Source: Guillardia theta CCMP2712 (taxonomy: Eukaryota > Protista > Cryptophyta). Taken from it: a stretch of DNA of 64,000 bases. The notes under the pieces were generated by a model. That model did no database searches. It worked only from the letters and a program-made list of their open reading frames with translations, and had not been told where the DNA came from. Each line of letters starts with the position of its first letter. Positions within the stretch are counted from its first letter, which is position 1. Made by a program: the position numbers and the translations under genes. The stretch covers positions 330,237-394,236 of the forward strand of contig NW_005434670.1 in assembly GCF_000315625.1 (NCBI RefSeq). Reading direction: 5' to 3'. Of the stretch, positions 12,494 to 23,153 are shown piece by piece.

Positions 12494-13666
12494 ATGGCTG
12501 TGAGGCTCGTCGATTGCTCGTCCGAGGACGACGGGCATAGAGGCGGCAATGCGCTGCAGCAGGAGGCATACGTCAAGTGGCTCCTTGCCCGAGGAGTGAA
12601 CCAAGGCTGCCTCGTGCTCCAGGTGGAGCCGCCGTCCCCGGTTTATGGCATAGAGATCCTAAACGCGGGAGCGCAATTCGTTGAAGTGCAAGGAAGCGAA
12701 GAAGAAGAGGGGGAGGAATGGAGGAGCCTGATGAGAAAGGCACTCATGCGAACGGAACTTGAATTCAAACAGGAGAAAGGGGTTGACAGGTCTCGAACAT
12801 TCACATGTGGTGATTCAAAAGCAAGTCTTTTACCTTGCTCCTCGACAAAGAAATGGTGCAGGTTGAAAGTGACAGTGTCCTGTTTGAGTGAGCTGCTTGA
12901 GCCTGACAAGATGATTGGTCTTGCTTCCGTCAAGATTCGGACAGAAGAGCATCAGTCGATCCCTGCCGTTCCTGCTTCGCCTGACAAGAAACCCATGGAG
13001 GCAATGCAGGAGTCGCCATGTAGCGTCGATCAGCACAGCTCAACATTCACGGCAGGAGCGACGAACAATGCCGAAACCAGCCGCCATAGTGCAGCTACAC
13101 CGCAAACAAATCGTGCCCGTGATAGCTCGCGATCAGGAAGCAATTCATCGACGTCTCCAGGCCAAAATGATCGATCCGTGGGAAAGAATTCGGGTGGGCA
13201 GGTAGCGAAGAAAGCAACAGATGCCCTGGACTTGACGCAACCGTCTCAACGAAGCAGCAAACAAGCATCGACTGAGGATAGGAAGAACAACAGTGAAGCA
13301 GGAAAGAGATTGAAGCCAAATGCCAGTGCAGAGTCAGAGAAGAGTCAAGAACAAGCTGCAAAATCATCCGCTAAGAGAAGAAAAGAGGGCAAATCTGCGA
13401 ATATTTTGCCGCTCAATGGAGTATACATCTCAATCAGTGGGATCGAAAACCCAAGCCGAGCACAACTAAGAGAACAAGCACTTTCGTTGGGAGCTCGGTA
13501 TGCTCCGCAGTGGTTGTCGGGTTGCACGCATCTCATATGCGCCTTTCCCAACACGCCGAAGTACAGGGAAGCGAAGAAGGATGGAGGTGTGGTTGTTGAG
13601 GCTTCTTGGTTGAACGATTGTGCACGAGAACAGCGAAAATTGCCAACAAGCAAGTATGAGATGTAA
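12494..13666 (+). CDS. XRCC1: DNA repair protein XRCC1 (N-terminal domain plus BRCT1)
   Basis: N-terminus VRLVDCSSED...KWL...LVLQVE...IEILNAGAQFVEV matches XRCC1_N. C-terminus LNGVYISISGIENPSRAQLREQALSLGARY...CTHLICAFPNTPKY...WLNDC matches XRCC1 BRCT1. Confidence 0.9.
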   Translation: MAVRLVDCSSEDDGHRGGNALQQEAYVKWLLARGVNQGCLVLQVEPPSPVYGIEILNAGAQFVEVQGSEEEEGEEWRSLMRKALMRTELEFKQEKGVDRSRTFTCGDSKASLLPCSSTKKWCRLKVTVSCLSELLEPDKMIGLASVKIRTEEHQSIPAVPASPDKKPMEAMQESPCSVDQHSSTFTAGATNNAETSRHSAATPQTNRARDSSRSGSNSSTSPGQNDRSVGKNSGGQVAKKATDALDLTQPSQRSSKQASTEDRKNNSEAGKRLKPNASAESEKSQEQAAKSSAKRRKEGKSANILPLNGVYISISGIENPSRAQLREQALSLGARYAPQWLSGCTHLICAFPNTPKYREAKKDGGVVVEASWLNDCAREQRKLPTSKYEM

Positions 13667-13742
13667 TCACAATCCGACCAGACGGCAGGGTCACCTAATC
13701 ATAGCCAAAGTACAGAATGTACAAAAGAATTCGTCACAGGGA

Positions 13743-16002
13743 TTAGAGGGAGAGGATAGACTCGTCCGCAAGATGCGCCAAGATGTCCCCGATGAGATAA
13801 AGAGATCCCGTGCCTGATAAAATCTTTCAGCGTCTTTCCATCCCGCCGGTTGCTCTCACATAGAACTTCAAAGGGATATTTTTCGCCCTTGTCTTCCAGG
13901 AACGAGCAGGCAGACCGGATCCCCTCCAACGCTTCGGATATGCTCTGAGCGATGGCAACGTTGGGCATGTCGCTGTCACTCTCGTCCAGGATCTTTTGCT
14001 GCTCATCGTCAGAGATCGGTCAAGCATGACGGACCTCCGCGCGTACCTTGATAGCCTCCTTTGAATGCACCAAATATGCATCTTGACCTAGCTCACTCTC
14101 AGCGTCCTCAGCAAAACACTTCCGCCATTCCAGCACGAGCTTCTCCTGCCAAGAGTAGTCCACCGCCTTTCCCAAGTGTAAGAACACGGCACAGAGAGTC
14201 AAAGCCGGACCTCAGCACTCTTGGCTACTGACGACAATGAGGAGTCGTTGGGTAGGAAGAGCACAAGGTCAAAGAGGTTTCTCTTCCTGTCTCTGCAAGG
14301 GCACGGAGCACTGCAGCTACACTGCCGGTAAGGGCGGACAAGCTTCGCAAGCGGCGAGAGCAGGTTCTGCGCGATCCTTCCGCCGGTGGTGTTGAACAAC
14401 AAGATGGTCTTGAAGGGGGCGCATCCTTGAGGCCGAGAGTGGCCGTAGGCTCTCGTCAGCGCCTCCTCGAACCACAAGCTGCAGCACTTGAGGCTCTCCT
14501 GGGTGTGAGCCCCGTCGAGGAAGACTCGCGCCCCCGGCAGGCCAGGGAGACTGTCAAGCACCTTCGAAGGGTGTCAGAAGTCTCAGCTGGGAGAGAGACG
14601 CAGATAGATGAGAGCTAGTCAATGTGAGGAGAAGGAGAGGGGGAGGAGAGGAAGGGACAAGAGCTGGGCAATGGAGGGGACGAACGTAGAGGACCTGCGC
14701 TCTGCCTGGCCATTTCGTGTTGGCTAGGCTGGTCAACTCTATGTCATGTAGAGGCATCTTGACTGGGACCAGGTGGCTCGAAGGAGTCGATTTCTTCGGC
14801 TCCCCTTCCTCCGTATTCCACCCGTTTCCGGAAATCGTCGGAGATTGGCCCCAGGGCTGAATACGTGGGTCCTGCCACAACTTGCTGCACGCAAATTTCC
14901 ATTTCGCCACAGAAGCGTCTTGGGTCCAGTCCTCCTGCATGCGAATGGCAAACATGCGGACCAGAGCGATGGCTAGAGAGGCGTTCTGCCGCTGGAAAGA
15001 CCCATGTAGACCGAGGCAGATATTCTCGTACTTGCCGACATCGTAGTCTTCTATCCTCGAAGCTACATACAGCGGGCATCCAACTGCCGCTGCCGTGTCC
15101 TCCAATGCATCTTGCGCTTCAGAATTCTGGTCATAGACAGTGATGGCAGGGACACCTCGCTTGAAGATCCCTGCCTTCTGCCGCGCGATCTTGTCGAGGG
15201 TATCGCCGAGGATAGCAACATGGTCATAGTCGAGCAGCGTTACTCCACAGACAACAGGATGAGGGAGGACGTTGGTTGAGTCCTTGAGCCCTCCTAGCCC
15301 TACCTCGACCACCGCCACGTCCACCTGCTCCTTCTGGAACACGTAGAACCCAAGGACGGTGAGGAAATGAAAGTAATGGAGGCTGCTGCCGTACGACCCC
15401 GACAGAGCCTCGTGTACGTCCCAAAAGTAATCAGAGAACTTTTCCTTGGATAGAACAGCTCCGTTGATCCTGATTCGCTCCCTCACGTCTATCAGGTGGG
15501 GCGAGGTGAAGAGACCCGTCTTCAGCCTGGAGGTTCAACGACATCAGATTGTCATCTACAGGAGCACAGGACCAGAATCAAGACACGAGAGCAGCATAAA
15601 CGTCAAGACATCTTTCAAATCATTCGTTTCCTCCACCCAGTTGCAAGTCAATCTGATATCCTGCCCAAGATTTCTCACCCTGTTGTTCGAAGAAGTCGCT
15701 CCACGAACGCCGAGGTCGAGCCCTTGCCCTTCGTTCCTGCTATGTGAACAGTCGGCAGGCGGAGCAAGTCGATGCCCATCAGCCTATTGCTCATCGTTAT
15801 CGCACCATCACTCAGCGCCTAGCCTCCTCATCTGCCCGCGACCTCCCTACTTTCTCATTCCCCATCCTCCAGTTCCTGCAACGACCTGCCACCCTTCGCA
15901 CTCTTACCTGCAACATTTCTCCACATCTTCGAGCGTCCCGTGTTCTTGTCCTGCTCTTCCTGCTACGATGTAGCCTGATAACGCTTCCACTGCAGCTTCC
16001 AT
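13743..16002 (-). CDS. FPGS: Folylpolyglutamate synthase (multi-exon)
   Basis: GTKGKGSTSAF P-loop, LFTSPHLIDVRERIRING, VEVGLGGLKDSTN, LDYDHVAILG, KAGIFK, WPGRAQ, FLDGAHT and C-terminal TGSLYLIG. Confidence 0.93.
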
Positions 16003-16460
16003 GCCACCCTCCCTCCCCTCCCTCCCACGCCTCCCTGCCATTGTGATGTCCCCCGTCTAGCCTCTCAAAAGTTCAGACTGGGGGAATGTTTACGGCACTG
16101 AAGAGCGGGCCGGGCCCCGGCGCCGCCTGCCGAGCGGCACCGCTCAGGCCGCCCGGCCGCCGGGGCGATCACGCCCGGCCGCGACTCGCGCGGCGCTGTC
16201 CCGGTCCCCCGCCTGTCACACTCAGTGCGAGTGAGCGGCTTCCGCCGGACTCCGGGACAGTCGGGCACCGGGCCGCGGTTCGGACTGGCTGCAAGGGCCC
16301 GGCCGGATTGGCCGGCCGGGAGGCGGCTTGCGGCGCCCGGCGCTGTGTTGATGAGCCAGCACGTGCATTGAAAAGTTCTCGAAGCCCGGTAAAAGTTCCG
16401 AAAGAGTATCGTGATCGTTTCTCCGGACCATGGCTGCTCCTCCGTGGCCTCCCAGTCGCG

Positions 16461-17092
16461 ATGGCCTCCATGCTCCGCAAGCAGACCCTCTGCCTCCTCT
16501 TCTCCTCTACCCTGGCCTTCTCGCCTTCTCCCTCCTTCTTGTGGAAGGCCCCAGCTCTCCAGCGAGCGAGCCTTTCTCTCAGAAGCCCGGTAAGCGCAAG
16601 CAAACATGCCGAAATGGCGCGGGAGGCACCTCGACCGAGTGGCCTCCTTTGCCTTTCTGTACGAATTTCTGACTATGTGCGGGTAGAGATTGTTCTCGAC
16701 GACAAGCATGCAAATGGACAAGATCAATGACAAGAAGCTCTTCGTGTCCGGCATCCCCTTCGCTCTCAGCAGCGAAGATCTTCGGGAGGTTTCTCGCGAG
16801 TCCATTCATCTCCTCCCCCTGACATCTCATGCAGACGTTTGAAAAGTTTGGGCCCGTGGAGGACTCGTACGTAGTCAAGGATCGTGAGACTGGCCGGTCA
16901 AGAGGCTTTGCGTTCATCACCTTCTCCTCCAAGGAGGCTGCCTCGCAAGCCTGCAGCGCGTTGAATGAATCAGATCTTGGAGGAAGGACCGTTAAGGTTT
17001 CCTTTGCCAAGGACAGGGATGATCAGCCTAGGGGAAAGCAGGACCGTCCTCGCAGAACCTTCAAGCCTCGTGGCTCCAACAACGACGAGTGA
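16461..17092 (+). CDS. RRM RNA-binding protein with bipartite plastid-type leader
   Basis: Signal peptide ending STLA-FSPSPS followed by an S/R-rich transit-like region. RNP2 KLFVSGI and RNP1 RGFAFITF. Two short introns. Confidence 0.88.
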
Positions 17093-17240
17093 TCGGTGGC
17101 GAGCGGTAGAAGAAGTTAATTCATTGACTCGCCGTGGCCGATTAAACTTTTCAAACGTGCCCGATGTTGTTCCCTTTATCTTTGAATCTTTCACTATCAT
17201 ATCAGCTGCACACTCTCACACGCGTGCTTTCCTCGACCTC

Positions 17241-18400
17241 TCAGCTCCCACATCTTGAGCCGACATGTTTCTCCTGTCTCTTTACCTGAGAACAACCTCG
17301 AAACGAGCACAAGACGTCACCTGGCCGTTGAAAGTCTTCAAGCAGGGGAGGACCGAGAGCAAAAGGAGGCTCCTCCAGGTTCCAGGGCTTCGTCCTCGTC
17401 TCTTCCTCTCCTCCTCCCTCCTCGTGACTACAGGAAGGTCCTCTGCCATGGTTACTCAAGTCTGCAGTAGTGCCTGAGTTTGAAAGCGCTGCAGGCCGGA
17501 TCAAGAAATACCCATGTTGGAGGACGAAGAGCAAGAAGTAGCGATGAGATATGTCGATCCACTGCAAACGATGTTTCGAAGAGCCTCCACAACAAGTCAC
17601 GAGGCACGTGAGAGTGATGGAAGATTCACCTTGAACGCCTGATAAAGTGACATGTGCTGGAAAACATTTCGACACAAGATCACATCGAACCGGCTGCAAG
17701 ACCAAACATAAGGCCAAGAAACAATACATCCCCTCTCAACCGTCTGATAGGAATGTCTACAACATCCTGCCGCAAGGCAACCAGTGAGGGGCAACAATTA
17801 GCCATCGCCAAGATATACGAAATTTCCAACGCACCCAGAGGTAGAAACGCAGCCCCAGCTCCTTGTTCCTCCGATCCTCTCTCGCAGCTCCCACCGCTCG
17901 TGGAGAGATATCAAGTCCGGTGTATCGCAGCTGCTCCGTTGCCCAAGAGCCAGGCCGGATGAAAGAATCAGCACCAGCACCAGCACCAGCACCAGCACCA
18001 GCACCAGCACCAGCACCAGCACCAGCAGCGACAGGAGGGGAAGGAGGGAGAGGGGGGTGGAGCAGCAGAAACTATCAAGATCGATTCTAGTCACCTCGCG
18101 ATAGGCGAAGAGCCTCCACTGCCATCTTGCATCCCCACAACCGACGTCCAGCAAGGATCGAACCTTTTGACAACCTGTTCGTCACATTCTGCTGTAGCTT
18201 CCCCAGCTCACCTGTAGCTGTGCAGTTGCGTTGTTGAGGAACTCCAACGTCGCAAGCATATCCTGCACGAGACACTGACAACTCAAGCGTTCTCCCATCC
18301 TCCGCCCACCTCCTCCTTGACGGCTGAAACTTGAGTTCGCTGACTGTCAGTCAGGAGCAAACCTCCCTCCTGCCCCCTCCCTCCTTACCTCAGCTTGCTT
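17241..18400 (-). CDS. Class I SAM-dependent methyltransferase domain (multi-exon; may be the 3' part of the upstream gene)
   Basis: Exon pieces LLDVGCGD (motif I), YTGLDIS (motif II), FDVILCRNVFQHM, ALRNIVCSGSTYLIAT and WNLEEPPF. Confidence 0.7.
17969..18028. repeat. (CCAGCA)n hexanucleotide microsatellite, intronic
   Basis: About 9-10 perfect units. Confidence 0.9.
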
Positions 18401-18430
18401 CATCCTCTCGAAGATCCTGTGGCTCCGACC

Positions 18431-19992
18431 TCAACATCTTGGTGAGTCCCAGCATCCCCAGCAATCTGATACATCACCGGAGAAGATAAGGTCTATCAGA
18501 TCTTCTCGCTCCTTCTCGCTGCTTCCTCCTCCTTCTCCCTCGTCGTCTGGAGCATGGGATATGTTCTGAGACCATCCCTCATGATATTCCCCATCCTCTG
18601 CAAACATACGGAAAGGCCAGCTTCTCTCCCGGACCTGACCCTCCTCCGTATACTCGTCGACAAACAACCAGACTTGTCGCATGCTCAAAGAGGGCTTCTC
18701 CTTGCCATCCCTTCCTCCTTCCATCAGCGAGATTTGTATCCAAGGCTTCCCCCCCTCGTACAGAGCGTGCAGGCCCGGCAGAGGAGCAGGCACGACGTCC
18801 TCGAAGTTTACCTCACTCAGCGTCGTCTCACTTAGCAGGTCGTTTCGGACGATTATGGCATTGATGGCATCGGCGAACATGTAGATCATCCTGTACCCGT
18901 GGAACCTCGCTAGGTTGTCAAGGGCCCTGGCGCTCATGCCGTAGTAGCAGGTGCCATGAGGAAACCCTGCCAAGCGACTTCCTGTCCAGTGCATGTCAGC
19001 GTCGTAGGGGACCGTGAAGCTCTCGGAGGACTCGAAGTTTCTGTTGACCTCTGCGATCACAACACGGGGAGAGAAGGAGTTCAAGAGGCTGTCAAGTACC
19101 CAGAAGTCGTTGTAGTCGATGTCGATGCTAAGCAAATCAAAGCGTCTCGGAACGCCCTGGGATATCAGCGTCTCCACGATGTTTTCCTTGGTGATGAAAC
19201 ACTTCAACAGAGAAGCGTTTGCATGCAAGGATGTGTTCTCGTGCCCTCCGTCGAGAAGTACAGCTCTCCATCCTTGCTCCTCCCACAGCATCCTCGTGTT
19301 GATCTCAGAACCGTCCTCACACCCAAACTCAACCGCAAACTTGTTCGTTGATCCCAGGAAAGAGAAAACCTCCTTCAGCACCCCATCCTCCCCATTCTGG
19401 CTGTACACCTTGTTCTCGTACTTGTACAGGTTTGATATCCACTTCAACTCATCCAGCGTCCTCTGCGACCACTGCTCGAGCTCTCCTGACAGCCTTAGAG
19501 ACTCGAACCTCTGCACCTTTGCTTGCAAGGCAGAGACGTTCTTCACAAGGATAAAGGGCCTCACGGAAGAGCTTTCAATCGCATGGCCATTTTTATCCAC
19601 AATATCCACTACAATGAGCGGCGACCATGACGAGTTCACCAGAACATTCACGTTCATCTCACACCCGTTCAGTACCCTGGCATGCGGATTGTGCTCCCAG
19701 CAATCGCAGGATGTGCCTGAGTGGGAGAGCGATCCAAAACTTGTCAAGATGGTCCAGTCGCTGCATTCCTGAAACCAAGACACGTCAACGAGGCCGTGGA
19801 CAACAACAAGATCACCTCGCGAGCAAGATTCATGTCCGACACGAAGAACTGCAGGTGAAACCTGCCATCCACTGGCGCTACGATCGTCTGTCCTGCCTTT
19901 GGGCTCAAGATGTGAATCTTCCACGCCCATGTGGAGGAAGGGCAGCAGACTAGCAAGAATGCCGCAAGGCTGCAACCAGCCATCCATCGCAT
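18431..19992 (-). CDS. Signal-peptide-bearing FkbM/Methyltransf_21-like methyltransferase
   Basis: Leader MRWMAGCSLAAFLLVCCPSSTWA in the 19992 frame. Core YSQNGEDG...FAVEFG...NTRML...GWRAVLLDG...FITKENI...FDLLSIDIDYNDFWV...SPRVVIAEVN. Confidence 0.8.
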
Positions 19993-21176
19993 CCTCTAGA
20001 TAGACATTCAATCCCAGCGCATGAGGCACAGGAGAGGTGAAAGAAGGTGGAGCGACCGTAGCACGACTCTCTACCTCTCTTCCCCTCCCTGCTACTTGAA
20101 TATGCCACCCGCCATTCCAGTGTTCTACACGCCCGGTTCAAATAAAAATACTTTTACCATTGCACTGATTGACTGATCATGGATCAGTCGGATGAAGACT
20201 GTAGATATGATACTACTTCGGAGGCTAGGTACTCTACTGAGAGGCAACTTCGCCGAGTCGACTCGGCGCAACTTCCGTTGAACGGTTTCGGAGTTCACAG
20301 CCGTCGGGCCGCGGGGCGGGGCTCCCGGGTCCGCCGCCGGGAGACCCGGGCCGGGCGCCGGGCCGGGCCCGGGCCTGAGCCCCGGCGGTCACCCCGCGGC
20401 GGGCCCGGGCCCGGGGGGGGGGAGCGCCGCAACTGAGCTACACGGTGACGCCCCGGTCACCGGCACGGTTGAAAGCTCAGCGGCTTGAAACATCCGATCA
20501 TGGCCCGGTGACACTGAGTACCACTCGGCTTACCGTTGTAGTACTAGTAACGCCGGCACCCGAACTTCACTTGATCGGACGCCGCAGGGGCATACTACGA
20601 CCGAACGGCGGTACCGTCGGGCCCCAGCTGGCTAAAACTTGAAACGAACGACAAACACTCCCCGGCTGAGATCATCATGGCATGGGACTCGGCGCCGGGA
20701 TTCCCAGAGTCCCCGGAGCCAAAAGTCAATCCTCGAGATCAGGGGAGTCCCGTTCCCCAACTTTGTGACTGGAGAGTCCCGTCACGGCCCTCTCTGAGCC
20801 ACCGGGGTACTCTCATAGTGCGGAGATAGGGATCGGACCGGTGGTGAGAGGCGGGGGCCGGGTCCACGGCTTCGCCATGGTTGCCGTTTAACTGGATGAG
20901 GCTCAGCCCCGGGCCTTTAGCCCGTCACGCCCGACGTGACGATGAACGGTTTACCACCAGATGCGCCCGAAAGTCCACGCCGGAAGTGGGAAGAGACATT
21001 AAGACAGGTGGGGTAGTGACTGATAGGGCAAGACCCGGGACATTGTCCTACTTTCCAGGGGTGTAAGGCTGCCCTGATTCCCCCAGGGGTGGGGGTACCG
21101 GAGTGAGTGGAGCTCCCAGGCACATAAAAGGAGGAAGCTTGGCTGCTGTGGAGCATACATTTCGAGCAACGACAGC

Positions 21177-21653
21177 ATGACACCAACCGATATGAGCGCC
21201 TTCGTCGAGCTATGGGGCTCCTCGCCCTGCGTGAGCCCCGTCAGCAGCAGCACCAACCTCGTCTGCGACTTCTCGCTCCTCCAGGCTCATCACAGCGACA
21301 TGGCGTTCCTCCAAGACTGGGAGGCGATGGAGACAAGGACCATGGCGAACAAGCACGCAGAGGAGGAAAAGGAGGAGGAAAAGGAGGAGGAGTCAGCCAG
21401 GCGATGCAGGCCAAGCCGAGGCGTAGACGGGGAGAGCAAGCATCACGAGGACTGCGCCCGCGGGGCGAGGGAGGGAAGGTGCAACGCCAGGGACGGATGC
21501 TGTACCGCCCCCAGGTGGGGATCTAGAACGAGGGACACGAGAGTACCCAGGGCAGGATGCCGAGCCGGGCAGGGCTCTTCTCTTCTGTGTAAAGCGAGCG
21601 GAGGGAGGGGGAGAGGCTTGGTATGTAGTATAGGCGTGTATGCGGATCAATAA
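21177..21653 (+). CDS. Repeat-encoded 158 aa ORF (identical at 23200-23676 and 24991-25467; frameshifted at 26782)
   Basis: ATG ORF with CATAAAAG ~55 nt upstream and AATAAA overlapping the stop. No recognised domain. Confidence 0.3.
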   Translation: MTPTDMSAFVELWGSSPCVSPVSSSTNLVCDFSLLQAHHSDMAFLQDWEAMETRTMANKHAEEEKEEEKEEESARRCRPSRGVDGESKHHEDCARGAREGRCNARDGCCTAPRWGSRTRDTRVPRAGCRAGQGSSLLCKASGGRGRGLVCSIGVYADQ

Positions 21654-21658
21654 ACATA

Positions 21659-22163
21659 CCGTCACCCCCTCGTACAGTGATATGAGCTGAGAGTCAACAG
21701 GCTCGTAGACGTTTGAGTCAAGTTACCGACTGAGACAGAGCAATCCGGGTGGCTTACCCCATGTCTGATATCAAGTTGTGGCCGAGAGAGCAGAACTCCA
21801 AAGCTCACTGACACTGGGCTGTGTCAGGAGCCAGAGCTCGCAGTGACAAGACGAGCCGAGTCCTCACGGTCCACCACGTTGCCTGTAACAGCCATCGCAA
21901 CGGCCCTGCGGATCGAGCTCTCTCGCCCGTACACACCTGTAGGCGTAGAACAGAGCTATAAACGCTTCTCTCACAGGCTCCAGCCAGGCCTCGTCACTTG
22001 CGAACGGCGGCCTTAGCCGCTCACCGTGACGTGCATGCTGCCTTGTATCATACGGCCATCGCTAGCGGCAGTGCTGGACTGTGCTGCCGCACGAGGACCG
22101 ACACCATCCCTTCAAGAGGAAGGTAAGGGAGTACACAAGGCCCGATGAGGTTGTGAGGGTCTC
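21659..22163 (-). mobile_element. TA-bounded segment, inverted relative to copies 2-4 of the array
   Basis: Reverse complement of 23682-24190 and 25473-25981. Flanked by aaacaTA and TAcagttt. Confidence 0.85.
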
Positions 22164-22917
22164 TACAGTTTCACGGGCACTGAAGTTAGCTGCCAGTAGC
22201 CTGAGTCACGGGCAAGTTGGCTGCCCGCGGCCTGTCACTCAGGCTGTGCCGGCTTGATGATTGGAACTTCGGAACCTGTCACTTGATTCAGGCACGGTGC
22301 CGAGGGAAAACCGATCAGTATTGATCGCATCATAGTAAACAGATTATGGGATCGGACAATCTTTACTCAAAGTTAAGTCGGATGCCCGGCCGTTGAAGCT
22401 TTGACTCTCGCTGACGATCCGATGGTTTGAAAAGAGTTCAAGTGTGTTTCACGACAACCCCTAAGCTCACCCTTTGGTCGATCCAGCCGTAAGCAACCGG
22501 TGTCCGTGCCAGCCTAAAGTCAATCCTCGAGATCAGGGGAGTCCCGTTCCCCAACTTTGTGACTGGAGAGTCCCGTCACGGCCCTCTCTGAGCCACGGGT
22601 ACTCTCATAGTGCGGAGATAGGGATCGGACCGGTGGTGAGAGGCGGGGGCCGGGTCCACGGCTTCGCCATGGTTGCCGTTTAACTGGATGAGGCTCAGCC
22701 CCGGGCCTTTAGCCCGTCACGCCCGACGTGACGATGTTTACCACCAGATGCGCCCGAAAGTCCACGCCGGAAGTGGGAAGAGACCTTAAGACAGGTGGGG
22801 TAGTGACTGATAGGGCAAGACCCGGGACATTGTCCTACTTTCCAGGGGTGTAAGGCTGCCCTGATTCCCCCAGGGGTGGGGGTACCGGAGTGAGTGGAGC
22901 TCCCAGGCACATAAAAG

Positions 22918-23153
22918 GGGTTCGGCGGCGGCCACCGCGACATCGCTGGCATGGCCGCGCGGGGAACTTGTCCTGCGCGCCGTTAAGTGAAGGTATCAGT
23001 TAAGCTTGGGGGACAGCAGTCGGCAGGATTAGGTTTGGTTCTCGCTGTCTTTTCTCTTCTCGCCGTTTGGGCCTGTGCGACAGTGTCAGGGTCAAGCCTC
23101 CTCGACTCTCCTGATTGTCCTCGTACTGATTTTTAACTTAACTTTGAGTAAAA
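22918..23153 (-). mobile_element. 236 bp non-autonomous insertion element with GC-rich hairpins at one end
   Basis: Present only in array copy 2. The empty site cacataaaag|gaggaag is seen in copies 1, 3 and 4. Confidence 0.9.

Noticed and set aside
16065-16805. Long GC-rich ORFs on both strands (also 20179-20642, 40651-40995, 56665-57295)
   Set aside because: Stop-poor GC palindromic intergenic DNA or antisense shadows of real genes.
22400-22460. Hammerhead-like CTGACGA...GAAA in each tandem unit (would suggest Penelope/retrozyme)
   Set aside because: Stem II is weak and stem I cannot be formed, so there is no complete hammerhead topology.
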